From Raillietiella orientalis (Eukaryota), in NCBI GenBank assembly GCA_036172245.1, contig JAYWIR010000007.1:930001-994000 (forward strand): a stretch of DNA of 64,000 nt. The letters run 5' to 3'. Both the position numbers and the translations under genes were made by a program. Position 1 is the first letter of the stretch; each line of letters starts with the position of its first letter. This document shows positions 52,301 to 64,000 of this stretch, piece by piece. The notes beneath the pieces are model-generated. The model saw nothing but the letters and a program-made list of their open reading frames with translations. It did not search any database and was not told where the DNA came from.

Positions 52301-54449
52301 CTATACCCCCACAAGGCATGAATGCATCAGATATTCCTGGTGAGTGTATTCCTTTCCACAATTTATACATGGGTAAACTTCACTACTAAAAGTGTCCGTG
52401 GATTTAAGGCAAAAGGATCTGTGTAATTTAATGTGATCTATAAGGGTATGTCGAGATTCGAGGTATTTCTTGCATAGAGTACATTGGAATATTTCACTAT
52501 CCCCGCTGACTTCGTGTTTCATGGCTCTAACGAATCGGATTTCGTTTCTTCGTAGGGATGCACTGCCATGCAGATCACCGTTTGCCTCGCAGTCTCCCGT
52601 CAGTGAAATCGTGTACGTAACTAAGTCATCGTTCGGGTCAAGTGGCTCTTCTTTGATATTTACATTCAGTCCACTGTAAGAGTGAAGGAAGGGCAGGTTG
52701 TTTAATTTTGTGTTGAATCCAGGTTTCGAATTCAAATTGGACAACGACGAATACTCCAAGTCGTCGACCCGTTTCTCTCTTTCGTTGGAGTTGTCTCCGG
52801 AGTAGGATGTCAGGACGTCCAGGTTTTTCGTCGTTTCTCCGAGTACTATCCCCTTGTCGATTGCACTTTGCATGGAGGACTCGGAAGACAACCCCACACA
52901 AAAGGGACGGGAGGTCAATCTTCGGCAAAGTTCGGACCCGTAATTAGGAGATTCAGTGATTCGAGTCTTTTCCATTGACAGGTTGAACAGGTCTTCTTCC
53001 TGGGTGCTCGTGGTGGTGCTGACCTTAGAATCGGAATAGTGTTCTCCGTACAGCATGTGGTTGAAATTGGCATCGGGCTTTTCCATTGAGCACGCAGATA
53101 GAATGTCGGACCGTTTCGCCTGCTTGTCGGTTTTCAGTCTTTTTCTTCCGCATTCTCTTCTTGGTCTCGATAGGGAAATTCTGTCTCGTGATGACGCGAG
53201 GTGCATCGTGGAATGCTTCTGCATATGAGCTTTTTGCTTGAAACCTTTTCCACAGATATTGCATTTGAAAGGACGCTCACCCGTATGGATTCTGGAAAAA
53301 GATGAGATGAATTTCTAGGTTCATGAGGAAGAGGAAGAGGAAGAGGAAGAAGAAGAAAAAAAAAAGGAATTACTTTTACCTAAAGTGCGCTTCTAGGCTA
53401 AATCTGTCTTTAAAACTCTTTGTGCATATAGTACAAGGGTGTAATCTCCCACCATCCTTCTTCATATTTGACGGCGTGCGAGATCTAATTTTTTGCCGTG
53501 AAGAAGTGACAATATTTTTTGCTACAGAAGGATTGTTATCTAATGGAATCAGTGGGGGAATGTTGATCCTGATGCTGGATGACGACGGAATGTTGTTGCT
53601 CGTACCACAAGTATTAACATTGTCAGAATCGTTTTTGATCTGCTTATCAGATGACACTGCATCACCAATTGTCTTCACACTACCAAAGGCATTAAATATT
53701 GCGCTAGAATCTATAGTGGTAGCAATGGGATTCCCCCCTGCGTCTATCTTATCAAGACCTAGATCGGAGCTTGCTGTTAAGCTATCAGAAGTATCGATGA
53801 ATTCACTAGATCTATTTACTTGATACACGTTATTCCCAGATGGAAAAGGGACTTTGCTCCCAGCATGCTGTTGTTTCAGAAGAGCGAGTAGGTGTTTTTT
53901 ATCATCACTTAGAAACCAGTTCTTTAGCTGTGTTGTCATGAAAATGTCCTTCCGGAATGGAGTATTTGCTGTTAGAGAGTTGCCATTGCCAAATAGAGCT
54001 TCTGGCCAAGGCCCATCCGATCTCACGTAGTTTGGTTGATTCCATTCTGCTATGTTCTTGCCCACCCAGTATTCTACCTGGTCACCAGGGGGGAGAGAAG
54101 GGACATTAGCATTCTCGGTGCTAATTAAGTACTCAAGATTGTGCGCGTCTACGCAGATAATGTTGTCCGACTTATTCGATATGTTTGCAGCATCATGTTC
54201 TGATCCCGATATGGCAGTCCCTATCAGAGTGGCGAAATCATTGGGAAACTCTCCCCCTGATGGAAAATTGAAATCCACAAAATCCGGAAAGCGCAGTTCT
54301 GCGGGTATTTCCGTCTTGACAGTACTATCAGGACTAGTGCAGGTGACATGGCTGCTGGAGAACGAGACGTTCATAGACTTCGGTACTTCTTCTTGAGAGG
54401 GATGCAAGTCCTTGATGAAATGAGAGTCCATAGTTTCAAGCTTTTCCAT
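52301..54449 (-). CDS. C2H2 zinc-finger protein (2 coding exons)
   Basis: Exons 54449-53380 and 53291-52301 join to give [50 protein letters not shown] further finger CTLCKKY...HIKLH and an atypical terminal CINC...H.C follow. Orthology not recognised. Confidence 0.9.
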
Positions 54450-55304
54450 CGTTAATCCTATAGATCATCTCTGAGATTGAAAATCACAGTTGGTTTTATG
54501 TTCAGTTATCACAGTATGATGAGGACAGAAGAATAGCTGGCAGCAGGTTGTTATCTCAGTGCATTTCTTCCGTCTGGCAGCCGATTTTGTTCCGCATCCT
54601 GAAAGACACTGACTGTTAATTCACCAGAAGTTTCGTGATGCTCTCGTCGTCATGCGGTAAGCGTCAGTGACGAGGAATGAGGAAAAGAACCACGACCGGA
54701 GGGGATCGGAGGTTGTGTACGTGTGTGACGTTAACCAAACCGTTTCCCTTTCCTATGTTGTTTTACGTAACGAAGCAACCAGCTTTGTGGATGCGAGCAT
54801 CTAGAAGTGGGGCGAGTTAGCTTAGGAGTGTTTTATTTCTGTCTTTGTTCATTCATGCAAAGTCCCTACCCCCCTAGCTTTTCCGCCGATCACTATCGAT
54901 TGGCGGAGGTGCTTTTTCATCTTCGGCATCATTTGTGACTTTATAACGTGCTTCTCGTTACTTGTACAGGGATCCGAGTGAGCATGTGTATTTATTAAGG
55001 TGATGATTGAGCTGGTGTACTAAATACATGAAGCGAAAGGCGATGAGATTACGGGGAGAGAGCGGGAGAGGGCGAGCGCGCGCGCGAGAGAGAACGGAAG
55101 AGCAGTGAATATGAACAGAATGTAGGTCATGTCTTTGTAGTAACAGTGACATGTAGATGCGGTGTGGGTATACCAGGTGAGAAATTTTTACATGCGGCTT
55201 CATCTGCTCTTCGGTCGCATTCGAGGAGGAAGAATAAGAAGAGGAAGAAGAAGAAAAAAGAAGGCACGACGGCACAAGCACACAAACGCGCGCGAGCACG
55301 CACG

Positions 55305-55308
<4 letters not shown>

Positions 55309-55342
<34 letters not shown>
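55309..55342. repeat. (CA)n microsatellite
   Basis: Read directly. Confidence 0.95.
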
Positions 55343-55345
<3 letters not shown>

Positions 55346-55966
55346 GAGGATGGACCGCCTCCCTCGGTACGGAACGCTTCCCCCCCCCTCCCCCCCCCGA
55401 GCAAGAAGCTGCACGGATTCGCGATGCTGGCAATGCGTTCGTTTCACAGCTTCATCTCCTCTCTCAGCCACCGCAACAAAGCGCAGTTGTTGTGTTCCAC
55501 TTTCCGGTGGATGGGAAAGCGGTGTGTTTGGAGCTCCAGGAAAATCGATCATCATTGTGATTGATGCTGGAGAAAAACTATTGCATCAGCGCTTACGCTT
55601 TTTACAATCTTGAGAGTTGGGTAACCTATAGTGTACTCACTGCTTGGCCGTGGCCGGAGCCGAGCTTCAAGTACTGCAAATAGGGTACGTTCTCATGGAA
55701 ATACACAGGAGACATGCGCTCTATAATTCAGGTGCTTTTGCCGTGGTTTGCTTCTTGAAAGGGAAATCGTATGCTGCGTCAATACTAAGATAAAGACAAA
55801 CAACTAGAATGCGATGAACATTCCCGAGGATCTTTTTTTTTTTTTAGGTTTCCAAAATCTTGAAAGCGCATTCGGGAAAATCACGTTCCATTTCAATTTT
55901 CCTGGGGGATTTTTTTTTTTTTTTTTTTTTTTACATGCACACCGGAAAAATCCTCTTTGCTACTAG

Positions 55967-56020
55967 TATTATTATTATTATTATTATTATTATTGTTGTT
56001 GTTATTGTTGTTGTTGTTAT
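55967..56020. repeat. Compound (ATT)n(GTT)n microsatellite
   Basis: Read directly. Confidence 0.93.
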
Positions 56021-57758
56021 TTCCACTGGATTACATTGGGAAAAAAAAAAAAAAATTATTTTCTTCCCCATGGATAACCGGGTTCGATCGACAGGCTGCA
56101 TTGCACTGCTTCCTACGTTTTGAGATGCACTGCTTATCGTACGTGGAGAAAACGGAACTTGGAAAAATAAATATTACCTCATTCTCTGTCACATGTTCCC
56201 AAGATATCACTTTAAATGTGTAAATTACCACCGTCACAAAACACACTAATTCCGACCTTTACTCTCGGTACGAAAACACTTGCTTCGTCCTTACTTTTTT
56301 TTCCTTTCTGTCCAATAACAGAAATCGAAAGCACTGCAAGGATCCTTGCGCCGTCCTTATGCGTACTGCTGTACCCTTTTTATGCCTATGTTTGCAAGGA
56401 TCCACTTTCTCTAACGACCAGTCGAGGTTGATGGCTGATCTGTACTGCTCTTTCAGAGCAATATTCAAAATATAGTATAGGAACTAACAATCTAGGTCGT
56501 GACCTACTTGGTCACCAGTCGTACGATGGATCTAGTGTCTGAATCTTCAAAACGTGGCCAGCATCGTAAAACTATTAAAACTTTTGCTTTTCTTCTGTGG
56601 AGAGCACAAAAAAAAAAAGGAAAATTAAGGTCGGCTTTTAAAAAATAAAAAAAAAAAAAAAAGAAAAAAAGAAAAAAAGGAAAAAGAAATCGGGAGAAGT
56701 GAAATTCCCGTGTAGAATCAGCGGCCAATGCTTGCCTACGAAGTGGGCTGCCTGTTCTTTTCCTGGTTTTGCCACAGAAACCCGGAGACAAGATTCTTCC
56801 TGCACGGGAAGGCCCTCGACGGCTTTCCAAGCTTCTCAGCGTAGCGGAACCTCCCAGATCGCTGGCTCCCGCCGAACCCTTTGCTTGGGCTTCCCGTTCA
56901 AGCAGCTCGCTTGTGCACCTTCTCCCGCCTCCGAGTGTTCTCGTTTCATGACCGAACTCATCCATTGTGACCACTCCGGGGGAATATCCAGATGGCAATA
57001 AATAAATACTTGGTTCGCTGAAATGTGTTTCAAGAGAACAGCGCGATGCTGGCTGCCGCAAGAGTGTTTTTTTTTTTTTTTGGTTTTCTTTCTTTTCCAT
57101 TCCGTGGTGTCTGTCGCTCGTGCTGCCTGCACCTCGGTCGTACGAGTCGCTTGACAGTAGAAACGTGCTGAAGTTCGTGTGTGCTTGGCTGGTTTCCTTC
57201 TTCTTCTTCTTCTTCGCGTGTCTCCTCGTGGTCTCTCCAAGAGGCTTTGTTGCACCTCCGAAGCCAACCGCAGACATTCGCTAATAACAGCTGCTAACGG
57301 GAACTCTCTTGTTCCAGTTCCCAAGGAACACGGGAGGCTCGTGGATAGCGTTGATTGCACCTCCAATCTTCATCGTCCATCTGGGATCAGGTGGTCGGTC
57401 GCACCTGTAGAAGCTCCTTCTCTGCCCGGGCTGGAGGGATGGTTGAAGCTGCAGGCAGATTCGCCGGGCATCCGTAGGGAATATTCCGACAGTGGCGCGC
57501 GGATATCCCAGTGATAACGATGGCAACGTTTCCTCGTTTCCGTCTTTCTCAGCCAAGGGATCTCGTCTGGGAATGATCAGCAAGAGTATTTTCGTCGGTC
57601 CGGCAAATCCGGATTTCTCGGTGGTGCCGTGCGCGTGCACAGAGCCGCTGGTTCGCTTGGTTCCTCCCCAGAGTGCGGGAGAATGCAAATCTTCGCTCAG
57701 ACAATCAGTGAAACTTCTTTTCTTTTTTTCTTCTCTTTTTTTTTTCTTTTTCTTTTTC

Positions 57759-57760
<2 letters not shown>

Positions 57761-57826
<66 letters not shown>
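57761..57826. repeat. (CT)n microsatellite within a longer polypyrimidine tract
   Basis: Read directly. Confidence 0.95.
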
Positions 57827-58640
57827 GGCTGTTGGTTCTATTTCTAGGAAATCGCTGTCGTTTTCGATGACCTAAAAAAATGCAGGTTATGTGCCTGCGG
57901 GTGTAACAACACACTTTAAGGTGACCAACTTATGTTTCGTGGAGTTTTGCCAGCGGATCATTGAGAGGAAAATTTTTCTCTAAGTATCAATATTTGTCCT
58001 GCTTGGATTTCGTGACGCCAGAGCCTCGGATTGTGATCTGCATGTGGACGCCTTCGATTCCTCCGTTCTGATGACCACAAGCGTCGACTGTGATTTCTCT
58101 TCGGATTCACCTGGTTGCAGCGGCGCGCGCGTTTTCGGAGTGAAGTATCCATGCCATCGAGCGCGGCTCCATGTGGGTACAGCAAAGGATTGCAGCTGCT
58201 GCTTTCGCTTTTAGTCAATAATTCACGAACATGGGATTCTCGCCGTTGGTTGCCTTCGGTAACCCAAACCTGACGAGCTTCCCTGATGCTGGGAGCGCGT
58301 ATCCACGTTGGAGAGAGGCACCGACAGGGACGCGTTGGTTTGTAGTTTGCAAGGCAAGGCCGCATCGGATGCAGCAGCCTTTCCCGTGCCAGTGAAGGAA
58401 CGGGGTGTTCCCGCTCCTCGCGAGCTCGGACTCCTTGTCGATGAAGCAAGGAGACGCGGGCGGGGGAAGCGAGTCTCCTTCTTCCCGGGAAACCGTACAA
58501 CTCGGTTACGATGATGATGATGCTTGGGGAGGGGAAGGGAGGGGGGGGGTCGGGAAATCGCTTCCGAGGTGACCACCACAGGTCGGATCAGCCTGTGCGT
58601 GCGCGCGTCCTCTGACGAGTGTTGCAGGAGTGTGTGCGCG

Positions 58641-58641
<1 letters not shown>

Positions 58642-58669
<28 letters not shown>
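58642..58669. repeat. (GA)n microsatellite
   Basis: Read directly. Confidence 0.95.
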
Positions 58670-58672
<3 letters not shown>

Positions 58673-61600
58673 GCTGGAGTGGAATTCCGTCCGTCCCTAT
58701 CCAGCGACGACGTCTGCCTCGGTGGGACTAGGCGCGTCAGTGGAGATGCGGCAGTGGTGCGACTGGGTTGCCGGGTAACACAAGGGGAATCGCGAGAGGA
58801 AGGGAAGGACGGGTGCGCGTAACGGGACTCTCCGGATCGTCGGAGCCCACGAAGTCGGCCCACACCCTGAAGGAGTGGAAAACGACAATGTGGGAAACAC
58901 GCAAAGTTGGGCCGACTTTAAAAGCCTTCAGACTCCAACAGCGCGTCCCGACCTTTGGGTTTCTCTTGCTCTAGAGCCTGATCCGCAAGCCTGTGTTCTC
59001 AGAGTGGGAAAGCCGTTGCTCAGCAACGCGGTATCCACGAAGCCGAGAATCCCAGCGCAAAACAACGGCGGCGAAAAGGTGGACCCAGTCTTCCTGGAAA
59101 AGACAGACACAGTCGAGCACGGTGGTGCGACGTCCTTGGCTCGTGAGGATTTCATCGGTGTTATCTCGCACCTGCCCTGGATGTGGACCTTTTTACCCCC
59201 CCCCCCTCCCGTTCTAAAATCTCACAGCGAGAGAGAATCACGAAGTTTCCAGAGAGGAATTCGTGGGCCGGGAATCATCAAGCACGCGGCCATCGATATG
59301 GCGACAGCAAACGCCAACCGCTCGATGCAACCGAAAACGGGGGAAGACCCCACGACGAGCGCAGCAGCAGTTCCTGAACTGCGAAGCTCGTCGGACGATG
59401 GCCCAAGCTGCACACAAATCAGTGACGGGGGTGGAAGTGCCATTTCTTCATGTATATGCTTTGTATTCTTTGCCGTTTCCAGGGATCGATCATTTGTTCA
59501 CGGTAACTCGGAGACGTTCCACAGAGGCGGCGTGCGTACTTTTCCCTGCGTCAGATGTCAGGTTCTTCATCAGGGGATTCTGGATCATTTTCCGTTAATC
59601 CCAGCGATTTCCACCCGAGATTGTCGTCGAACTGCTTTTTTCTTCTTCCTTTTCTTGAAAAAGGTCTTTTTCTTTTCCTTCTATTTATTCTCCAGTCTGC
59701 GAAGTGGCTAACGCATCAGTATGGATGGAACGTGTCTTTCTGCTTAGCTTCCCAAACACCAAATTCACATTCGATGATCTCTCTGGATTGGGTTCGTGAT
59801 TCCCGAGCGTCCTTTGGGTACTTTTCCCCTGCCTTGGTTTCTCCTTCGTGTTTCGCGGAAAGCGGAACAGGTGAACGGGATAGATATGTCGTCCAGCTTT
59901 TGCGGCGTGCACGATTCGGCGTGCCAAACACGGCACACGCGGCGAAGCGTACAGTTCGGTTTCCGGGAAGCGCGAGGAGAGGCGGCTGCTCCGTTTCCAA
60001 GTCGCAAATCTCCCTCTGAAACTGTCTTCCGCGCCTTCTCTGTTACAAGCACCCAAAAACTACTTCCAAAAGTGTGCAGAAAGTTGGTCGCCGGCGAAAA
60101 TGGAATCTTGGATCCATCCGGTGCTTTCCGAGCGAGCGGATGAATGAAGATACCAGAAGTTCCTAAGCAACTTGTCCTCGGCGCAAGCAGAAGATATCGA
60201 CTAGCCTATCGATCGAGCCAGGAACGGGATACACACGATCTTACTTGCGGTGCTCTGCAATTTTGGATTTTCGTGGAGGATACGAGGAATCCTCCCGACT
60301 TGCACTATCTGCCGGTTCGGAGCTGCAAGCAAGGGTCGCGCAACCAACGGGCATTTTTGTTGCGGGCGTCCTCTGAGACACACGAGTGACGCTTCCCGAA
60401 CCGCGTTCCCGAGGTTTTTCCCGTGCAAGCGCCAATCGCCATTTTTTTCTTTCTTCCTCTCCATGATCTTTCCCAGCTGTTCGAGGCGGTTTCCAGAGCG
60501 CACGGTCCCTTAGAATTCAACGGAGGGAAAGGCGGCGGATGCAAGAAGAATCTCGAGGTTGCGTTGGTCGGCTACTCGTCATCGATGGATGCTTTGCGTT
60601 GGCATGGATGGAGGTGGTAAACGTCTTGCACAGCTTGGCAGCGCCGGGTGCATGGAAACGAAAACGTGCCATTGCAGCGTCTTGCACGAGAGCAGGGCAT
60701 CTGCATTCTGCGCCCCGGGAACGAATCGTCTAAAAGTCTTGCTGGGTTGCCGCTGCTTTTCGCTTTAGCAGGCGGCGAGACGGAAAAAAAAAAAAAAAAT
60801 CGAATGGACGCAGTCCATGCTCTCCCGCCTCTTCCCGTCAAACCACTCCAGGCATGTTTGCGGTGGCAAACCACTTGACGATTTCGTCGATGGCTGCTTG
60901 CATGCGTTGGTACACGTAACTTCTTCACGCTTGCATCCCGTCGTGCATGGCAACCGAACGACAGCATCAAGCTCGTCCGAGTCGCGTATCCGCAGCCGGA
61001 TTTTCGTAGAACCAGGAAATTCATAGTGGGGAGTCGAGGCATCTCGTGATGGCAAGCGCGTCTTTACGTATGAGTATTGCGCATACACGTAGAAATAACC
61101 ATCCCTAATAACCACAGCCCAACCTGGGTGCGGATGATTGAAGGGAAACCTGGACAATGGAAATTGGTTCCTTATTGAAATTTCGATCGCCCGCGCATTT
61201 GTTTCGGGCAGTGGTTGACTTTTTGGATGGGAATTTCTCCGATGAAAAAAAAAAAAAAAAAATGAAAAACCTATTGCTGTTGTTTTTGCAGAGGTCTGCG
61301 AAAGACAAGGCATCTTATTTCTCTCTGCTAAGGAGAAGGAAAGAATAGCAACGGTCCTTGAACAAGTCATTCCCTGAAGGTGCAGAGACCAAACTCGTCG
61401 GGATTTTTCGCATCATCCGAAGAGCTGATGAATCACTTCATGCCGTTTTCTGATGGTCTTTGACGGTCCCTCGACGATTCTTGCCGAGCACAGGGTGCTG
61501 CCAGCCAACGCGCGGACGCGCACCTACGCACACGTCGGAAGGCCATCACCATTCCGCGCAACAGTTGTGGAACATTCCTTCGGAAAAGATCGCTCCGCTG

Positions 61601-64000
61601 GACCGATTCTCGTCGTCGCAAGGCACGGATTGCGCGAGTGGCTGATCATGGGGCTTCTTCACTCGAAACGGCTGCGGCCGAAGAGGGGCGCCGTGCGCGC
61701 GGCGGGTTGCTGCGGCAACCCGTTCTGGTGGAAGCCTTGCGGTGCTTGCAACCCACCACCGGATCTCGAGGAGAAGGGGGTGGCAGCGGCGGCGAACCCG
61801 CTCTCGGGGCGCGCGCGGGTGTTCCGCAGTCCTGAAGACACAAGCCTGACGTCCGCTGTCGCACCTACCACGAATCTGTGCCGACGGCGGCGCGTTCATC
61901 TCACCCCGTAAATCCGCTGCTGGCTCGTGTCGTCGTAGCGTTCTTCTCAAAGAGGGACCGAATTTTTTTTCCTTTTCTTTCTTTCTTTTTTCTTTCCTGA
62001 AATGCACTGATAATTTCGATTGGAGCACGCACCGAAGTTTTCATCTTTATCATGAACTCGGAGATTATCTGATCGTTCTCTCTCTCTCCCTCTCTCTCTC
62101 CCTCTCGTTCTCTAAGCCTCCCTCCTCCTCCTCCTCCTCTCCTCCAAGTTTTCTTCACTGGAACCAACTAATCTGATTTCCGAGACTTTCACTGCTCCAG
62201 TACGCCTGTGTCTCATTCACGGCGGCCTCTGTCGGTAATTCCCGGTTAACTTTTAATGCATTGTGCGAAGAATCATCGGATGCTCTGGATCCAAGAGTGT
62301 CTCGTGGCCATTTTGCGAGCGTGAGACCTGCGGAAGACCCTCCTCCGGAGGAGAGGTTACTTGGCAAAAATGGACGCCTGGAAAATGACATCCCGGTGGC
62401 AAAACAAGCGGACAAAAAAGGGACGGAAGAAAGCAAGATGAACAGCGACCTCGGCAAAGTCCCATCGGTGGAAATTCCTTTCCGGCAGGTCACGAGTACT
62501 GGCGCGCGGGGGAGGGTGGCAGGTATCATGAGTCCAGTCTTCAGAGCGGCTGCCGTTCCGAGCAAGCCGTGCCGTCGTGACCTCTCTTCCGCGGAAATCC
62601 GTGCCATTATTTTCCTGCCGCGTGACGCAAAAAGCTCGAGGCCTTCCAAGGAGCCTACGCAAGGCTCCGCCTGATCTCTCTAGCGTCGCAGCGCAAGCCG
62701 GTAATGTCTGGACCACCGGAGGACGGAGCCGCCGCATCCGTTCATCGGCCCGCGCTGATCCGGGTCTCCTGCGCTGCCTACGAGAAGCCGGTCGGTCCAC
62801 CGGAGGAGAAGCAGGCGGAAATAAAGAAAAAAAAAAAAAAAAAAAAAAAACAAGAAGAGCGCACTTCGTCGTCCGCGGATTGATGGTTTGTTGGCAGGGC
62901 TGCTGCTGGCAACAGCAGGCGGGATGGAAGTGAGGGAGACGCGCTTTGAAGGGGGGGGGGGATATAAGGAAGAAGAAAAAGAAAAAAAGCGAGGAGGAGA
63001 CTGTAAGATGTGCATCTCGCTCGAGTCTTCTCCTCCCTTTCCTCCCTCAGCTCGAAAACAAGAAGTGGGCGATTAATCAACCGCCCTCGCTCGCCTCTAC
63101 CTTTGGCCGGCATCTAGCAATCGATATCGGTTTCGCTTTCATCCCATCACGTTCGATTTCCAAGAGACGAGGGCTCCGACGGGGCACTCGGGCTGGGAGC
63201 CTCGGCCCGCTGTACCGGGCGGAGCAGAGCACCACTCGATCCTGCGTGGTGCATTCTTCGCGGGTCAGGTGAGCGCGTCGCCCCTGGGGCCTTCCTGAAC
63301 AGGCCGAGCTGCCCGCCGTCGGTCACCTCCACACGGGCCCTTTGAGGAGGCCCGCCTTTTCCTTTCTTTGGTCCCCGACGCGTCGCAAAGACTCCCCGTT
63401 CGCTTTCTCTGACGTCAGCCATCGGGGGTGGCGTAAGGAAGGAGGGAGGGGGAGGGGACTTTGCGCCTCCCTTGCGATCCGGAGAGACACTTCTTGGCTG
63501 TGCCCATGCTTCCTGGGATCCGCGACTCGCCTCGGGCCGCTTGACCGGCGGCAACCTGTCCGGGACGCGGGGAAGCCAGGCGCCTGCCTTTCTCGCTCGC
63601 TCCGGAAAATCCACCCTCGAGTGCCCCAAGCGGAGCGGCATCCTCTCGATCTGTCTTTGGGCGCACTCCTCCTTTCCCGAGGAGAGCCGGGCGCAGGACG
63701 TCTCACGGAGGCTCAGAGCTACCGGGAAAACTCCCCAGGACCTGGCGATGAGTGGGAACTCAAGGTGATGTCAGAGGTGAGCGGAGGGCTGCGGACTGCT
63801 GCCTGGTCGCAGGATTCAAGGCGCGGAAGGAAAGGGAGGGAAGTCTGAAGGTCCTGCGAAAGTCCTGGGTGCACGGTGGGGTGGCGGCGACGAGTCAGCT
63901 GCATGCATCGCGAGGCATGCAGAAATTTCTCCCGGAAAGGGAGGTTGCCTTCTTTGCGTGCCTCCGTTCACGTCCATGGAACAGGCGACCGAGCTGTCAG

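Noticed and set aside
58875..59711. 278-aa plus-strand ORF
   Set aside because: Non-ATG start, runs through homopolymer tracts and has no recognisable domain.

Overview
Eukaryotic (invertebrate animal, probably arthropod-like) genomic DNA with compact genes whose introns are often only 42-55 nt. Protein genes I could assemble exon by exon: DHX8/PRP22 helicase (minus, runs off the left edge), pyridoxal kinase, BTBD7, a G2E3/PHF7-like PHD protein, a divergent beta-tubulin with a 6-kb second intron, COX17 and a C2H2 zinc-finger protein. A full-length 7SL (SRP) RNA gene that the ORF track does not show lies on the minus strand at 23877-24173, head-to-head with pyridoxal kinase. Directly downstream of it is a homogeneous 156-bp tandem array in which every unit is a copy of the 7SL 3' end plus a T-tract. 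The 9.8-20.5 kb interval is a nest of heavily decayed L1/Tx1-like LINEs. Two copies share a covarying 3' stem-loop, and one carries an intronless PRMT7 fragment inside its ORF1-like region. A perfect 165-bp inverted repeat lies upstream of COX17. Most ORFs in the GC-rich stretches are not credible genes. All calls come from reading motifs by eye; no searches were run, and transposon boundaries are approximate.
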